Positions 20,106-28,410 of a stretch of 64,000 nucleotides of DNA are shown one piece after another. Under the pieces are notes generated by a model, which saw nothing but the letters and a program-made list of their open reading frames with translations, searched no databases and had not been told where the DNA came from. Origin of the DNA: Bacteroidales bacterium. GTDB lineage: Bacteria > Bacteroidota > Bacteroidia > Bacteroidales > FEN-979. The position numbers and the translations under genes are program-made. Positions within the stretch are counted from its first letter, which is position 1. Each line of letters starts with the position of its first letter. Where the stretch lies: the NCBI GenBank assembly GCA_023231065.1, contig JALNWE010000001.1:13005-77004 (forward strand), read 5' to 3'.

Positions 20106-21899
20106 ATGTCAAAAAAAATAAATCTCACCATTGACGGCATTAAAGTTTCGGTTGACGAAGGGATGACGATCCTTGAAGCCGCCCGGACGCTTAACATTCA
20201 CATTCCGACCCTGTGTTATCATGAAGACCTTTGTGTGGCCGGTAACTGCCGCGTTTGCGTGGTAGAACAGGAAAAAGTTAAAAACCTTCCGGCATCCTGT
20301 GCCATGCCTGTAGCCGAAGGAATGATTATCCATACCAACAGTATGAAAGTACGTATGGCCAGAAAACATATTGTTGAACTGTTGTTGTCGGAGCACAACG
20401 CGGATTGTACAAAATGTTATAAAAATGGAAATTGTGAACTTCAAGGATTAGCTTCACAAATGCTTACAGGCGATCATCTGTTCCTTGACCTCGTACCGGA
20501 TAAGAATTATACGATCGATATGTTTAATACGGCCATCGTCAAGGATGATAGTCGTTGTATACGCTGTCAGCGTTGTGTAAGGACTTGTGAGGAGTTGCAG
20601 AGTGTCAGCGCCCTGGGGGTCGCATATAAAGGGGATAAAATGAAAATTTCGACTTTCTTTGAACATCCTCTCTTTGAAGTAGTATGCACAAACTGCGGTC
20701 AATGTGTTAACCGTTGTCCGACCGGCGCTTTAATCGAACGTAATTATATTGACCAGGTATGGGATGCCATTTATGATCCGACCAAACACGTTGTTGTACA
20801 AACTGCACCAGCTGTTCGAATTGCACTTGGAGAAGCTTTAGGGCTGGCTCCTGGAAAAATTGTGACGGGAAAAATGGTCGCAGCGCTGAAGCGTCTTGGA
20901 TTTGATTCGGTTCTTGATACAGACTTTACAGCCGACCTTACCATCATTGAAGAGGGTCATGAACTTCTTACAAGGTTGAAGGGCGCCCTTGTTGATAAAG
21001 ACCCCACGGTAGCATTACCGATGGCAACCTCCTGCTCTCCCGGTTGGATTAAATTCATCGAACATACTTTCCCTGAATATCTCGCCAACCTTTCTACCTG
21101 CAAATCACCGCAGCAAATGTTCGGGGCCCTGGCCAAAACTTATTACGCGCAAAAACGCAAAATCGATCCTAAAAATATTGTTTCGGTTTCCATCATGCCA
21201 TGCACCGCAAAAAAATTCGAAGCAAACAGACCTGAGATGCGTTCGAGTGGTTATAAAGATGTTGATTATGTGCTGACCACCCGTGAACTCGGAATTATGA
21301 TCAAACAAGCCGGATTGGAATTTGAAGGTTTACCGGAAGAAAAGTTTGATAGTTTCATGGGGGCTTCAACCGGCGCTGCTGTTATTTTCGGATCAACCGG
21401 CGGCGTTATGGAAGCTGCCCTCCGTACCGTTTACGAAGTTGTTACCGGCAGGGAAGTACCTTTCGATGGATTGAATATCGTACCCGTCCGTGGAACTGAA
21501 GGGGAAATCCGCGAAGCTACTATCAGAATCGAAAAAGTGAAACCTGAATGGAGTTTCCTGGAAGGCGTTGATCTGAATTGTGTGGTTGCCAATGGATTAG
21601 CTAATGCAAAAAAAGTTATGCAAAACGTTAAAGACGGAAAGGCAAATTACCACTTTATCGAGATCATGGCTTGTCCGGGTGGATGTTTGGGCGGCGGGGG
21701 CCAACCAATTCCGACCAATAAAGATATCCGTTCAAAACGTAAATCGGCAATTTACGAAGAAGATATGGGGATGCCCATCAGAAAATCGCATGAAAACCCC
21801 GAGGTTGCTGCAATCTATGAAGAATTTCTTGAAAAACCTTTAGGCCATAAATCTCATGAGTTACTTCATACTCATTATACACCACGAAAGAGGTACTAA
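20106..21899 (+). CDS. hydA: [FeFe]-hydrogenase catalytic subunit (locus 1), variant P1 motif
   Basis: 597 aa. N-terminal 2Fe-2S (CYHEDLCVAGNCRVC), HNADC, two CxxCxxCxxxCP, P1 TSCSPGW (not TSCCP), P2 MPCTAKKFE, P3 EIMACPGGCLGGGGQP and a C-terminal small-subunit-like tail. Confidence 0.92.
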   Translation: MSKKINLTIDGIKVSVDEGMTILEAARTLNIHIPTLCYHEDLCVAGNCRVCVVEQEKVKNLPASCAMPVAEGMIIHTNSMKVRMARKHIVELLLSEHNADCTKCYKNGNCELQGLASQMLTGDHLFLDLVPDKNYTIDMFNTAIVKDDSRCIRCQRCVRTCEELQSVSALGVAYKGDKMKISTFFEHPLFEVVCTNCGQCVNRCPTGALIERNYIDQVWDAIYDPTKHVVVQTAPAVRIALGEALGLAPGKIVTGKMVAALKRLGFDSVLDTDFTADLTIIEEGHELLTRLKGALVDKDPTVALPMATSCSPGWIKFIEHTFPEYLANLSTCKSPQQMFGALAKTYYAQKRKIDPKNIVSVSIMPCTAKKFEANRPEMRSSGYKDVDYVLTTRELGIMIKQAGLEFEGLPEEKFDSFMGASTGAAVIFGSTGGVMEAALRTVYEVVTGREVPFDGLNIVPVRGTEGEIREATIRIEKVKPEWSFLEGVDLNCVVANGLANAKKVMQNVKDGKANYHFIEIMACPGGCLGGGGQPIPTNKDIRSKRKSAIYEEDMGMPIRKSHENPEVAAIYEEFLEKPLGHKSHELLHTHYTPRKRY

Positions 21900-21914
21900 T
21901 TATTAACTTCTTAC

Positions 21915-21950
21915 AAAAAAAGGCTGTCCATTGTGGACAGCCTTTTTTTG
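21915..21950. terminator. bidirectional intrinsic terminator
   Basis: 9-bp stem AGGCTGTCC/GGACAGCCT, 5-nt loop, A-run before and T7 after. Lies between convergent genes. Confidence 0.8.
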
Positions 21951-21954
21951 TAAG

Positions 21955-21984
21955 AAAAAGCCACCGCCAAAAAATTGACGGTGG
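21955..21984 (-). terminator. hairpin terminator for the minus-strand gene
   Basis: CCACCG/CGGTGG stem with a 12-nt loop, followed on the minus strand by CTTTTT. Confidence 0.45.
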
Positions 21985-22028
21985 TTCAGCGCACATTTCT
22001 AACAATGGTATGTATAAAGAACGAATAT

Positions 22029-22871
22029 TTACATTTTTTGAGGGTTCTCTCCAGGTTTGGAAGGAGCTTCGGGCGTTTCAACCTTAGGCGCCTTTCCGGT
22101 ATCATCTTTCTTGGTCCTGATAATGACCTTTACATCTTTAGGGTTTCTGTCCATATACCGGTATCTGCCCATATCATTAGGCCTTTCCCTGTATATGATC
22201 CGCTCCTGCTTTTCAATAATCGGGGAATCATCGACATCAATAATAATTCGTTTTCCTCCCTTCCTATCTTTAATGGAATAACTTTTTACTTTATCCAGGG
22301 GAATATCCCCGATTATATCAGAAACCGTTTCCTGTGGGTTTAACATACGTTGCCTCTGAGCGCCCTGACCCGGGAACCAATTGCCACATTCCATATCTTT
22401 TAACATTTCAGGTGGTGTGGGGCAATCCGGGATACATGGAAAATTAAATCCAAATGAATTTCCGCGACCACTCTTAGGCATTTTCATACCCGGGCAACAG
22501 GCTCCTGGCATCATCCTCATCGCTTTTTTAACGATCTTATGAACAGAATCGGATAAAAGTGAATCAGGGATATCAAAATTTATTTCGAATTGCATTTCTT
22601 TCATTTCTTCAGATAATTCTTTCATTTCATCATTCATTCCTTCAACCATTGCTTCAATTTCTTCCTTTTCTAATAATTCGTCGGAAACGATAGTCGTGTC
22701 GAAAACAGAAGTTTCTCCATTTTTCTCACTCACAATTTTAAGTTTGATTGTTGATTTTGATTTGTTTGTCGCAGTTTCCTGTGAATAAACCGGAAGGAAA
22801 ATGAAAATACTCAGAATCATTGCCATTCCCGACACAAAATATTGAATTTTATTATCAGATAAAAGTTTCAT
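22029..22871 (-). CDS. secreted hypothetical protein with a Met/Cys-rich central segment
   Basis: 280 aa. N-terminal signal/TM, acidic coiled segment, MRMMPGACCPGMKMP and CIPDCPTPPEMLKDMECG, and a basic C-terminus. No family recognised. Confidence 0.6.
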   Translation of the reverse strand: MKLLSDNKIQYFVSGMAMILSIFIFLPVYSQETATNKSKSTIKLKIVSEKNGETSVFDTTIVSDELLEKEEIEAMVEGMNDEMKELSEEMKEMQFEINFDIPDSLLSDSVHKIVKKAMRMMPGACCPGMKMPKSGRGNSFGFNFPCIPDCPTPPEMLKDMECGNWFPGQGAQRQRMLNPQETVSDIIGDIPLDKVKSYSIKDRKGGKRIIIDVDDSPIIEKQERIIYRERPNDMGRYRYMDRNPKDVKVIIRTKKDDTGKAPKVETPEAPSKPGENPQKM

Positions 22872-22929
22872 GAGGACCTCCTATGTTTAATTGACGGTAC
22901 AAAACTACTTGCAGTAAGTCGCTGAAAGT

Positions 22930-22966
22930 GTTAATGAATCGTTAAAATTGGTTAATGAATCGTTAA
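22930..22966. promoter_or_regulatory. 2 x 16-bp perfect direct repeat GTTAATGAATCGTTAA (21-bp period)
   Basis: Copies at 22930-22945 and 22951-22966 give four GTTAA pentamers at 10-11 bp spacing in the divergent intergenic region next to an OmpR-family two-component operon. Confidence 0.55.
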
Positions 22967-23005
22967 TCTTTAGGCACAACCCTTTTCTTTCAATATTTTT
23001 GTATC

Positions 23006-24949
23006 ATGAAAAAAAGGTTGCTGTATTTTCTGATCGCAGGTATTTGTATCTCCCTGATCGGGATAATTATAGTCCAATTTTTCTGGATCCGGAACGCTTT
23101 CAACATCAAAGAATCGCAATTTGACCGTGGTGTCAATGAAGCGTTGGGAAGCGCTGTCAATAAAATTGAGACCAGGGAAAATATGTATTTCATCAGCCGG
23201 AATTTTGAAGGGGACAGCATTATGTCAATTGTTCAGGCTTTTACTAAAGACACTTCACAGATCATCATGGAGCGTTTGAATTCCCTCCTCGCTTCCAATG
23301 AGCTTCAACCTTGTAAAGAAAAGGAATGTCCGGCAAATCAGCCGTTCCTCCCCTCTTCCCCATCCCCACCCAGGCAACGAAGAGAAGTTATCCATTATTC
23401 CTACCAATACAATTTCACTCCTTTGCAGTCCGAGATGGACAGTATTTCAAAGCAAATGGAACAATTCATGAAGGAATTTCCAGATGCTCGTTTGAATACT
23501 TTTAGTTTTGAATGGAATGACCAGTTAGCACAACTGGATTCTATTTTTGAAAAGGGACGTGGATCTTATCGATTTCAGGAAGAGATGCCGAATGATTTGG
23601 TTATAACAAACCTGGAAGGGGAAGTCATCGTGGAGGCGCCTGATCCTCGCGGATCCAATTTCATCCGTTACCGTATGCCACAGGTAATGGATCCAAGAAT
23701 AGTATATCATCGTCCCCAAAATCAGGCCCGTAGAAAGCAGTTAAAAGAAAACAGCATACAGAAGCTGGATAACAAAGCAAATAAAATCAAGGATGTTATT
23801 AAAAAGATGGCTATTGAACTGGAGACCAAACCTGCTCCGGTTCAACAACGCATCAATAAAAAAAATCTTCAGGCCACACTCAGTAAAGCTTTTGCCGATA
23901 AAGGGATTGATCTTCCCTTTGAATTTGCAGTCTATTCCCCATCCAACGACAGCAATCCGATACCGATCAGGTCCGCTGGTTTTGTAAAAGAAAACCAGTC
24001 CACATCACACCGTGTTTCCCTTTTCCCCGATGATCTATTTCAGAAACCGGATCTTTTGCTTGTCTTTTTCCCGGATCAGAAAACCCATGTATTGAAATCA
24101 TTGTCACTTTTACTTTTTGGATCCATTCTCTTCACGCTCATCATTGGCCTTACCTCCGGTGCAAGCATTGTAGTAATGATCAGGCAAAAGAAGATCTCCG
24201 ACATTAAAACCGATTTCATCAATAACATGACCCATGAGTTCAAGACACCCATCGCGACCATCTCAATCGCGGCTGATTCCATCAATAATCCCCGCGTGAT
24301 AGGAGAACCGGATACCATTAAAAATTTCACGCGGATCATCAAGGAAGAAAACAACCGGATGAATGCGCGCGTAGAGCAGGTATTACAAATGGCCATGCTG
24401 GACAGCCGTGATTTCCATTTGCGGCTTCATGTTGTCGATATGAATTTATTGATCGAAAGATCGGTCGATCACTTCAGGCTCCAGATAGAAAAACGTGATG
24501 GGGTTATCCGTACATTACTGGAAGCGACCAATCCCTTTGCTGAGGTTGACGAAGATCACATACTGAATGTTTTACTTAACCTTTTGGATAATTCGAATAA
24601 ATATTCGTTGACGAAACCGGAAATAGATGTTTTTTCATTTAACCGTTCCGGAAAAATTTATTTCGGAGTACAGGATAAAGGACTGGGAATGAGCGCAGAA
24701 ACCCAACGGAAGGTATTTGATAAATTCTTCCGGGTGACATCGGGGAACATCCATAATATCAAAGGATTCGGGCTTGGGTTGAGTTATGTCAAGGCAATCG
24801 TACTGGCACATCATGGTGAAATTCGTATTTCCAGTGAAGTGGGAAAAGGGAGCCGTTTTGAAATCTGTCTCCCTGCCCTATCAAAAAGTACGCTGGAAGA
24901 CGAAGGCATTATCGTGGATGGTGAGACAAACATAGGGTCAGAGCTGTAA
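23006..24949 (+). CDS. sensor histidine kinase with periplasmic sensor domain
   Basis: 647 aa. Two TM helices flanking a ~330-aa loop, HisKA H-box MTHEFKTPIATI, HATPase_c N/G1/G2 boxes. Confidence 0.9.
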   Translation: MKKRLLYFLIAGICISLIGIIIVQFFWIRNAFNIKESQFDRGVNEALGSAVNKIETRENMYFISRNFEGDSIMSIVQAFTKDTSQIIMERLNSLLASNELQPCKEKECPANQPFLPSSPSPPRQRREVIHYSYQYNFTPLQSEMDSISKQMEQFMKEFPDARLNTFSFEWNDQLAQLDSIFEKGRGSYRFQEEMPNDLVITNLEGEVIVEAPDPRGSNFIRYRMPQVMDPRIVYHRPQNQARRKQLKENSIQKLDNKANKIKDVIKKMAIELETKPAPVQQRINKKNLQATLSKAFADKGIDLPFEFAVYSPSNDSNPIPIRSAGFVKENQSTSHRVSLFPDDLFQKPDLLLVFFPDQKTHVLKSLSLLLFGSILFTLIIGLTSGASIVVMIRQKKISDIKTDFINNMTHEFKTPIATISIAADSINNPRVIGEPDTIKNFTRIIKEENNRMNARVEQVLQMAMLDSRDFHLRLHVVDMNLLIERSVDHFRLQIEKRDGVIRTLLEATNPFAEVDEDHILNVLLNLLDNSNKYSLTKPEIDVFSFNRSGKIYFGVQDKGLGMSAETQRKVFDKFFRVTSGNIHNIKGFGLGLSYVKAIVLAHHGEIRISSEVGKGSRFEICLPALSKSTLEDEGIIVDGETNIGSEL

Positions 24950-24976
24950 AAATGAACAGTGCAAAGAAATAAAACC

Positions 24977-25675
24977 ATGAATCAAAGGATAAAAATTCTG
25001 TTGGTCGAAGATGATCCAAATTTTGGTTCAATCATGAAATCATATTTGGAATTAAATGATTTTGATGTGATTTTAAAGATTGATGGGAAACAAGGATTGG
25101 CTACCTTTAAAACCATGGTTTTTGATATTTGTATCCTCGATGTGATGATGCCCGAAATGGATGGTTTTACTTTAGCCAGGGAGATAAAGAAGATCAACAG
25201 CCAGGTACCACTAATTTTTCTCACCGCCAAATCGCTGAAAGAAGATATGTTGGAGGGGTTTAAAACAGGTGCGGATGATTATATAACAAAACCATTTGAT
25301 TCTGAGGTTCTTCTGTTTAAACTTAGGGCGATTTTAAAAAGGAACAGCCAAAAAAGTGAAGCGGAAAACGATTTTATCAGCATCTCCATCGGAAAGCTAC
25401 AATTCAACTTTGCGCTCCGTACATTAGCGTTAGACGAACAAGTTCAACAACTTTCCCCAAAGGAGGCAATGCTTTTGAAAATGCTGGTCACATCAAAAGA
25501 AGGTATCCTGTCACGGAAAAATGCCCTGGAAAAAATCTGGGGTTCCGACAACTATTTCAATGGCCGTAGTATGGATGTCTTTATAGCCCGGTTAAGAAAA
25601 TATCTGAAAGCAGACCCTTCTATTGAAATTGCAAATATTCACGGGAACGGTTTCCGTTTAATTGTTACACGGTAA
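24977..25675 (+). CDS. OmpR/PhoB-family response regulator
   Basis: REC (ILLVEDD..ILDVMMP..K) plus a winged-helix C-terminus. Start moved to the ATG at 24977. Confidence 0.9.
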   Translation: MNQRIKILLVEDDPNFGSIMKSYLELNDFDVILKIDGKQGLATFKTMVFDICILDVMMPEMDGFTLAREIKKINSQVPLIFLTAKSLKEDMLEGFKTGADDYITKPFDSEVLLFKLRAILKRNSQKSEAENDFISISIGKLQFNFALRTLALDEQVQQLSPKEAMLLKMLVTSKEGILSRKNALEKIWGSDNYFNGRSMDVFIARLRKYLKADPSIEIANIHGNGFRLIVTR

Positions 25676-25679
25676 TTTC

Positions 25680-25715
25680 CTGAAACTATTGTTTTCAGAT
25701 ATTTTTTCATTTTTC
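25680..25715 (+). terminator. weak hairpin + T-rich tract after the response regulator
   Basis: CTGAAA/TTTCAG stem followed by ATATTTTTTCATTTTT. Confidence 0.35.
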
Positions 25716-25786
25716 AATTTGTCGATTTACTAAGAAGCATTAAATCATTTCTAAACAATGACTTAATATTCAATAATGATTTTATA

Positions 25787-25821
25787 TTGTGAATTTATTC
25801 ACATTGTGAATATTTTAACAA
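25787..25821. promoter_or_regulatory. two abutting Rex-operator-like palindromes
   Basis: TTGTGAATTTATTCACAT (25787-25804) and TTGTGAATATTTTAACAA (25804-25821) share one base (17-bp register). Each has one half-site mismatch to TTGTGAA-N4-TTCACAA. Confidence 0.65.
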
Positions 25822-25826
25822 AAATA

Positions 25827-25858
25827 TTTGGAAGTTTGTTTATCGCGTTGTAATTTTG
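25827..25858 (+). promoter_or_regulatory. putative Bacteroidota promoter (-33 TTTG, -7 TAATTTTG)
   Basis: TTTG at 25827-25830 and TAATTTTG at 25851-25858 (20-bp spacer), 25 bp upstream of the ATG at 25883. Confidence 0.4.
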
Positions 25859-25882
25859 CAGTAACATTTATCATTAAAAAAA

Positions 25883-26227
25883 ATGAAGGTACAAGAAGTC
25901 GTAAAATTGATCAATGGGACAGTCATGACAGGGAATAAAAACCCGGAAGTGACTGTTGATGTTGCTTTTGCTTCGGATCTGATGAGCGACGTCCTTACCA
26001 TTAAAGCAGAGAATCTTTTATTATTAACCGGTTTGGTTAATATTCAGGCGATCCGGACTGCTGAGATGTCAGACATTTCCTGTATTGTTTTTGCAAGGAA
26101 CAAAAATGTAACAGAAGAAATGATCCGCCTGGCTGAAGAGAATGGCATTACAGTCATTGAGAGCCCATACTCATTATTCCGTATCAGCGGGATTCTGTTC
26201 ATTGCGGGAATGGCTCCTGTATATTAA
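25883..26227 (+). CDS. DRTGG domain protein (copy 1)
   Basis: 114 aa. ASDLMSDVL...LLLTGL..IRTA...IVF pattern of the DRTGG domain. Confidence 0.78.
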   Translation: MKVQEVVKLINGTVMTGNKNPEVTVDVAFASDLMSDVLTIKAENLLLLTGLVNIQAIRTAEMSDISCIVFARNKNVTEEMIRLAEENGITVIESPYSLFRISGILFIAGMAPVY

Positions 26228-26238
26228 AATGTGCTATC

Positions 26239-26655
26239 ATGCATTTTGAATATTTTATAGAAGGAGGAAATTTTGCAGAGGCCGGTTCAACATCAAGCCA
26301 GGTTAAAAAAACATTAAAACAATTAAATGTGGATGGGACGGTGATCAAACGGACTGTGGTAGCGTTATATGAGGCTGAGGTAAATATAGTTGCCCATGCT
26401 TACAGCGGGAAGATCACGGTTGAGCTGGACGAGGAAAAAATAGACATTAAGATAGTGGATGAAGGCCCCGGAATCCCTGATATTAAAAGAGCCATGGAAA
26501 TAGGATATTCCACTGCTTCGCCCGAAGTGAGGGAAATGGGTTTCGGCGCCGGAATGGGTTTATCTAACATGAAGAATAATTCAGATAAATTAAATATAAC
26601 CAGTACGGTCGGAAAAGGAACTGAGGTGGAGATAATCAATTATTTTCACCTTTAA
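26239..26655 (+). CDS. RsbW/SpoIIAB-like GHKL ATPase (putative Ser/Thr kinase)
   Basis: 138 aa. N box EAEVNIVAHA, G1 DEGPGI, G2 GFGAGMGL. No HisKA domain. Confidence 0.8.
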   Translation: MHFEYFIEGGNFAEAGSTSSQVKKTLKQLNVDGTVIKRTVVALYEAEVNIVAHAYSGKITVELDEEKIDIKIVDEGPGIPDIKRAMEIGYSTASPEVREMGFGAGMGLSNMKNNSDKLNITSTVGKGTEVEIINYFHL

Positions 26656-26668
26656 TCAAATTATTACC

Positions 26669-28054
26669 ATGAACGATGTGTTTCATCATGCTTTAAAATT
26701 CAGAGAAGATCTTTGTATCGGATGTTCTCATTGCATGAATATTTGCCCGACGGAAGCGATCAGGGTACGCCACGGGAAAGCACATCTTCAGGCAAACCGT
26801 TGCGTTGATTGTGGTGAATGCTACAGGATTTGTCCGGTGGGAGCCATTATAGTTGAACAAGATGATTTCGAAAACATCTACAAGTATCAAACTCGCATTG
26901 CTCTTTTACCTTCGGTTTTCACCGGACAATTTCCCAATAGTATCAGTCATACCGCGATCAGGAGTGCATTGCATGAGCTTGGATTTACTCACGTTTATGA
27001 GGTAGAGGAAGGAGTCGAATTTTTAAGTGATCAATTCCATCAATATATCCGGGAAAAGAAAACGCCCCGGCCTCTGATCTCACCATTTTGTCCTGCCATC
27101 GTCAGGTTAATCCAGGTTAAGTTCCCAACCCTGGTCAATCATATCATTCTTCTTAAAGCCCCGCTGGATATCACTGCATTGAATGCCAGGCAAAATCTTA
27201 CAGAACAAGGGATCAACCCGGAAGAGATCGGAATTTTCTATATCACCCCCTGCGCAGCTAAAATTGTCGCAGTCAAAAGCCCTGTTGGCGAACAAGAATC
27301 GGTGATCGATGGTGTCATTAATATGAATTACCTGTACAATAAAGTACGGAAAATCATCAGTCACCACCGGGGTGCAGACCCGCTGCCTGAAATCCCGGCC
27401 CTCAATGCCAAATCCGTTTGCTGGAGCCTTACCCATGGAGAATCAGACCATCATGAAAAGGGACGTAGTCTGGCCATTGATGAGATCAACAATGTAACAG
27501 AATTCCTTGAAAAAGTGGAAAATGATGAGATCAAAGGCATCGATTTTCTTGAACTCAGAGCTTGTGATGAAAGCTGCGCAGGCGGCGTCCTTTGTCCCGG
27601 GAACCGGTTTTTGACCGTCAATAAAATGCGTGAAAGGACCTCCATCAATCCCATCCTGTCTGGAATTGACAATAAGGGCACACTTTCCTACTCCTCAGAT
27701 CGGCAAAAGTTTTTAACCGACAACATGCGGATCGATCCCATCCTCCCCCGTTCTATCCTGAAACTGGATGACGACGTTGCAGAAGCCATGGTGAAAATGA
27801 AACGGATTTATGAATTGAACCGGATACTTCCACAGGTTGATTGTGGCATTTGTGGTTCACCAACCTGTAAATCGTTATCCGAAGATGTGGTTCAGGACCA
27901 GGCTGACATAAAACAATGTATTTTTATTCAGAAAATCCTGGAACAGAATGAAAAGCTGGATATCTGGGAGTCGATCAAAATCATGCGTGAAATATGGAGT
28001 GATAATAAGCTGGACAAGAATAGCCTAAAGGATGAAATTAACATTATTAATTGA
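26669..28054 (+). CDS. hydrogenase-like Fe-S protein, HydS-type without an output domain
   Basis: 461 aa. Two ferredoxin CxxCxxCxxxCP motifs, H-domain-like motifs ISPFCPAIV / ITPCAAK / RACDESCAGG, and C-terminal CGICGSPTC-x16-C (Cx2Cx4Cx16C). Confidence 0.82.
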   Translation: MNDVFHHALKFREDLCIGCSHCMNICPTEAIRVRHGKAHLQANRCVDCGECYRICPVGAIIVEQDDFENIYKYQTRIALLPSVFTGQFPNSISHTAIRSALHELGFTHVYEVEEGVEFLSDQFHQYIREKKTPRPLISPFCPAIVRLIQVKFPTLVNHIILLKAPLDITALNARQNLTEQGINPEEIGIFYITPCAAKIVAVKSPVGEQESVIDGVINMNYLYNKVRKIISHHRGADPLPEIPALNAKSVCWSLTHGESDHHEKGRSLAIDEINNVTEFLEKVENDEIKGIDFLELRACDESCAGGVLCPGNRFLTVNKMRERTSINPILSGIDNKGTLSYSSDRQKFLTDNMRIDPILPRSILKLDDDVAEAMVKMKRIYELNRILPQVDCGICGSPTCKSLSEDVVQDQADIKQCIFIQKILEQNEKLDIWESIKIMREIWSDNKLDKNSLKDEINIIN

Positions 28055-28074
28055 AAATATCAGGAGGAATTACC

Positions 28075-28410
28075 GTGAAAGTAAGTGAACTGGCAGATAA
28101 ATTGGGATTGACAATATTTGGAGGCGCTTCGGGACTTCAAAATGAAATAAAGGGCGGATACACTTCCGATCTGCTCAGCGACGTAATGGGCCATGCTTGT
28201 TCAAATCAGGTATGGATAACCGTTCAAACACACAAAAATGTGATTGCTGTAGCTTCCCTGAAAGAACTTGCTTCTATTATCCTGATCAAGGGTTTAGAAC
28301 CTGCACAGGAAGTGATTGAGCAAAGCGATATCGAAAAAATACCCTTACTGGGGACTAAAGAAGAAGCCTTCGAAATCACTGGAAAGATCTACAATATTTT
28401 AAAAGGATAA
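28075..28410 (+). CDS. DRTGG domain protein (copy 2)
   Basis: GTG start 7 nt after AGGAGG (28062-28067). TSDLLSDVM...IILIKG pattern. Confidence 0.75.
   Translation: MKVSELADKLGLTIFGGASGLQNEIKGGYTSDLLSDVMGHACSNQVWITVQTHKNVIAVASLKELASIILIKGLEPAQEVIEQSDIEKIPLLGTKEEAFEITGKIYNILKG

Noticed and set aside
22994-23001. TATTTTTG -7-like box before the histidine kinase gene
   Set aside because: It ends only 4 nt before the ATG at 23006, so the implied transcription start would fall inside the coding sequence.
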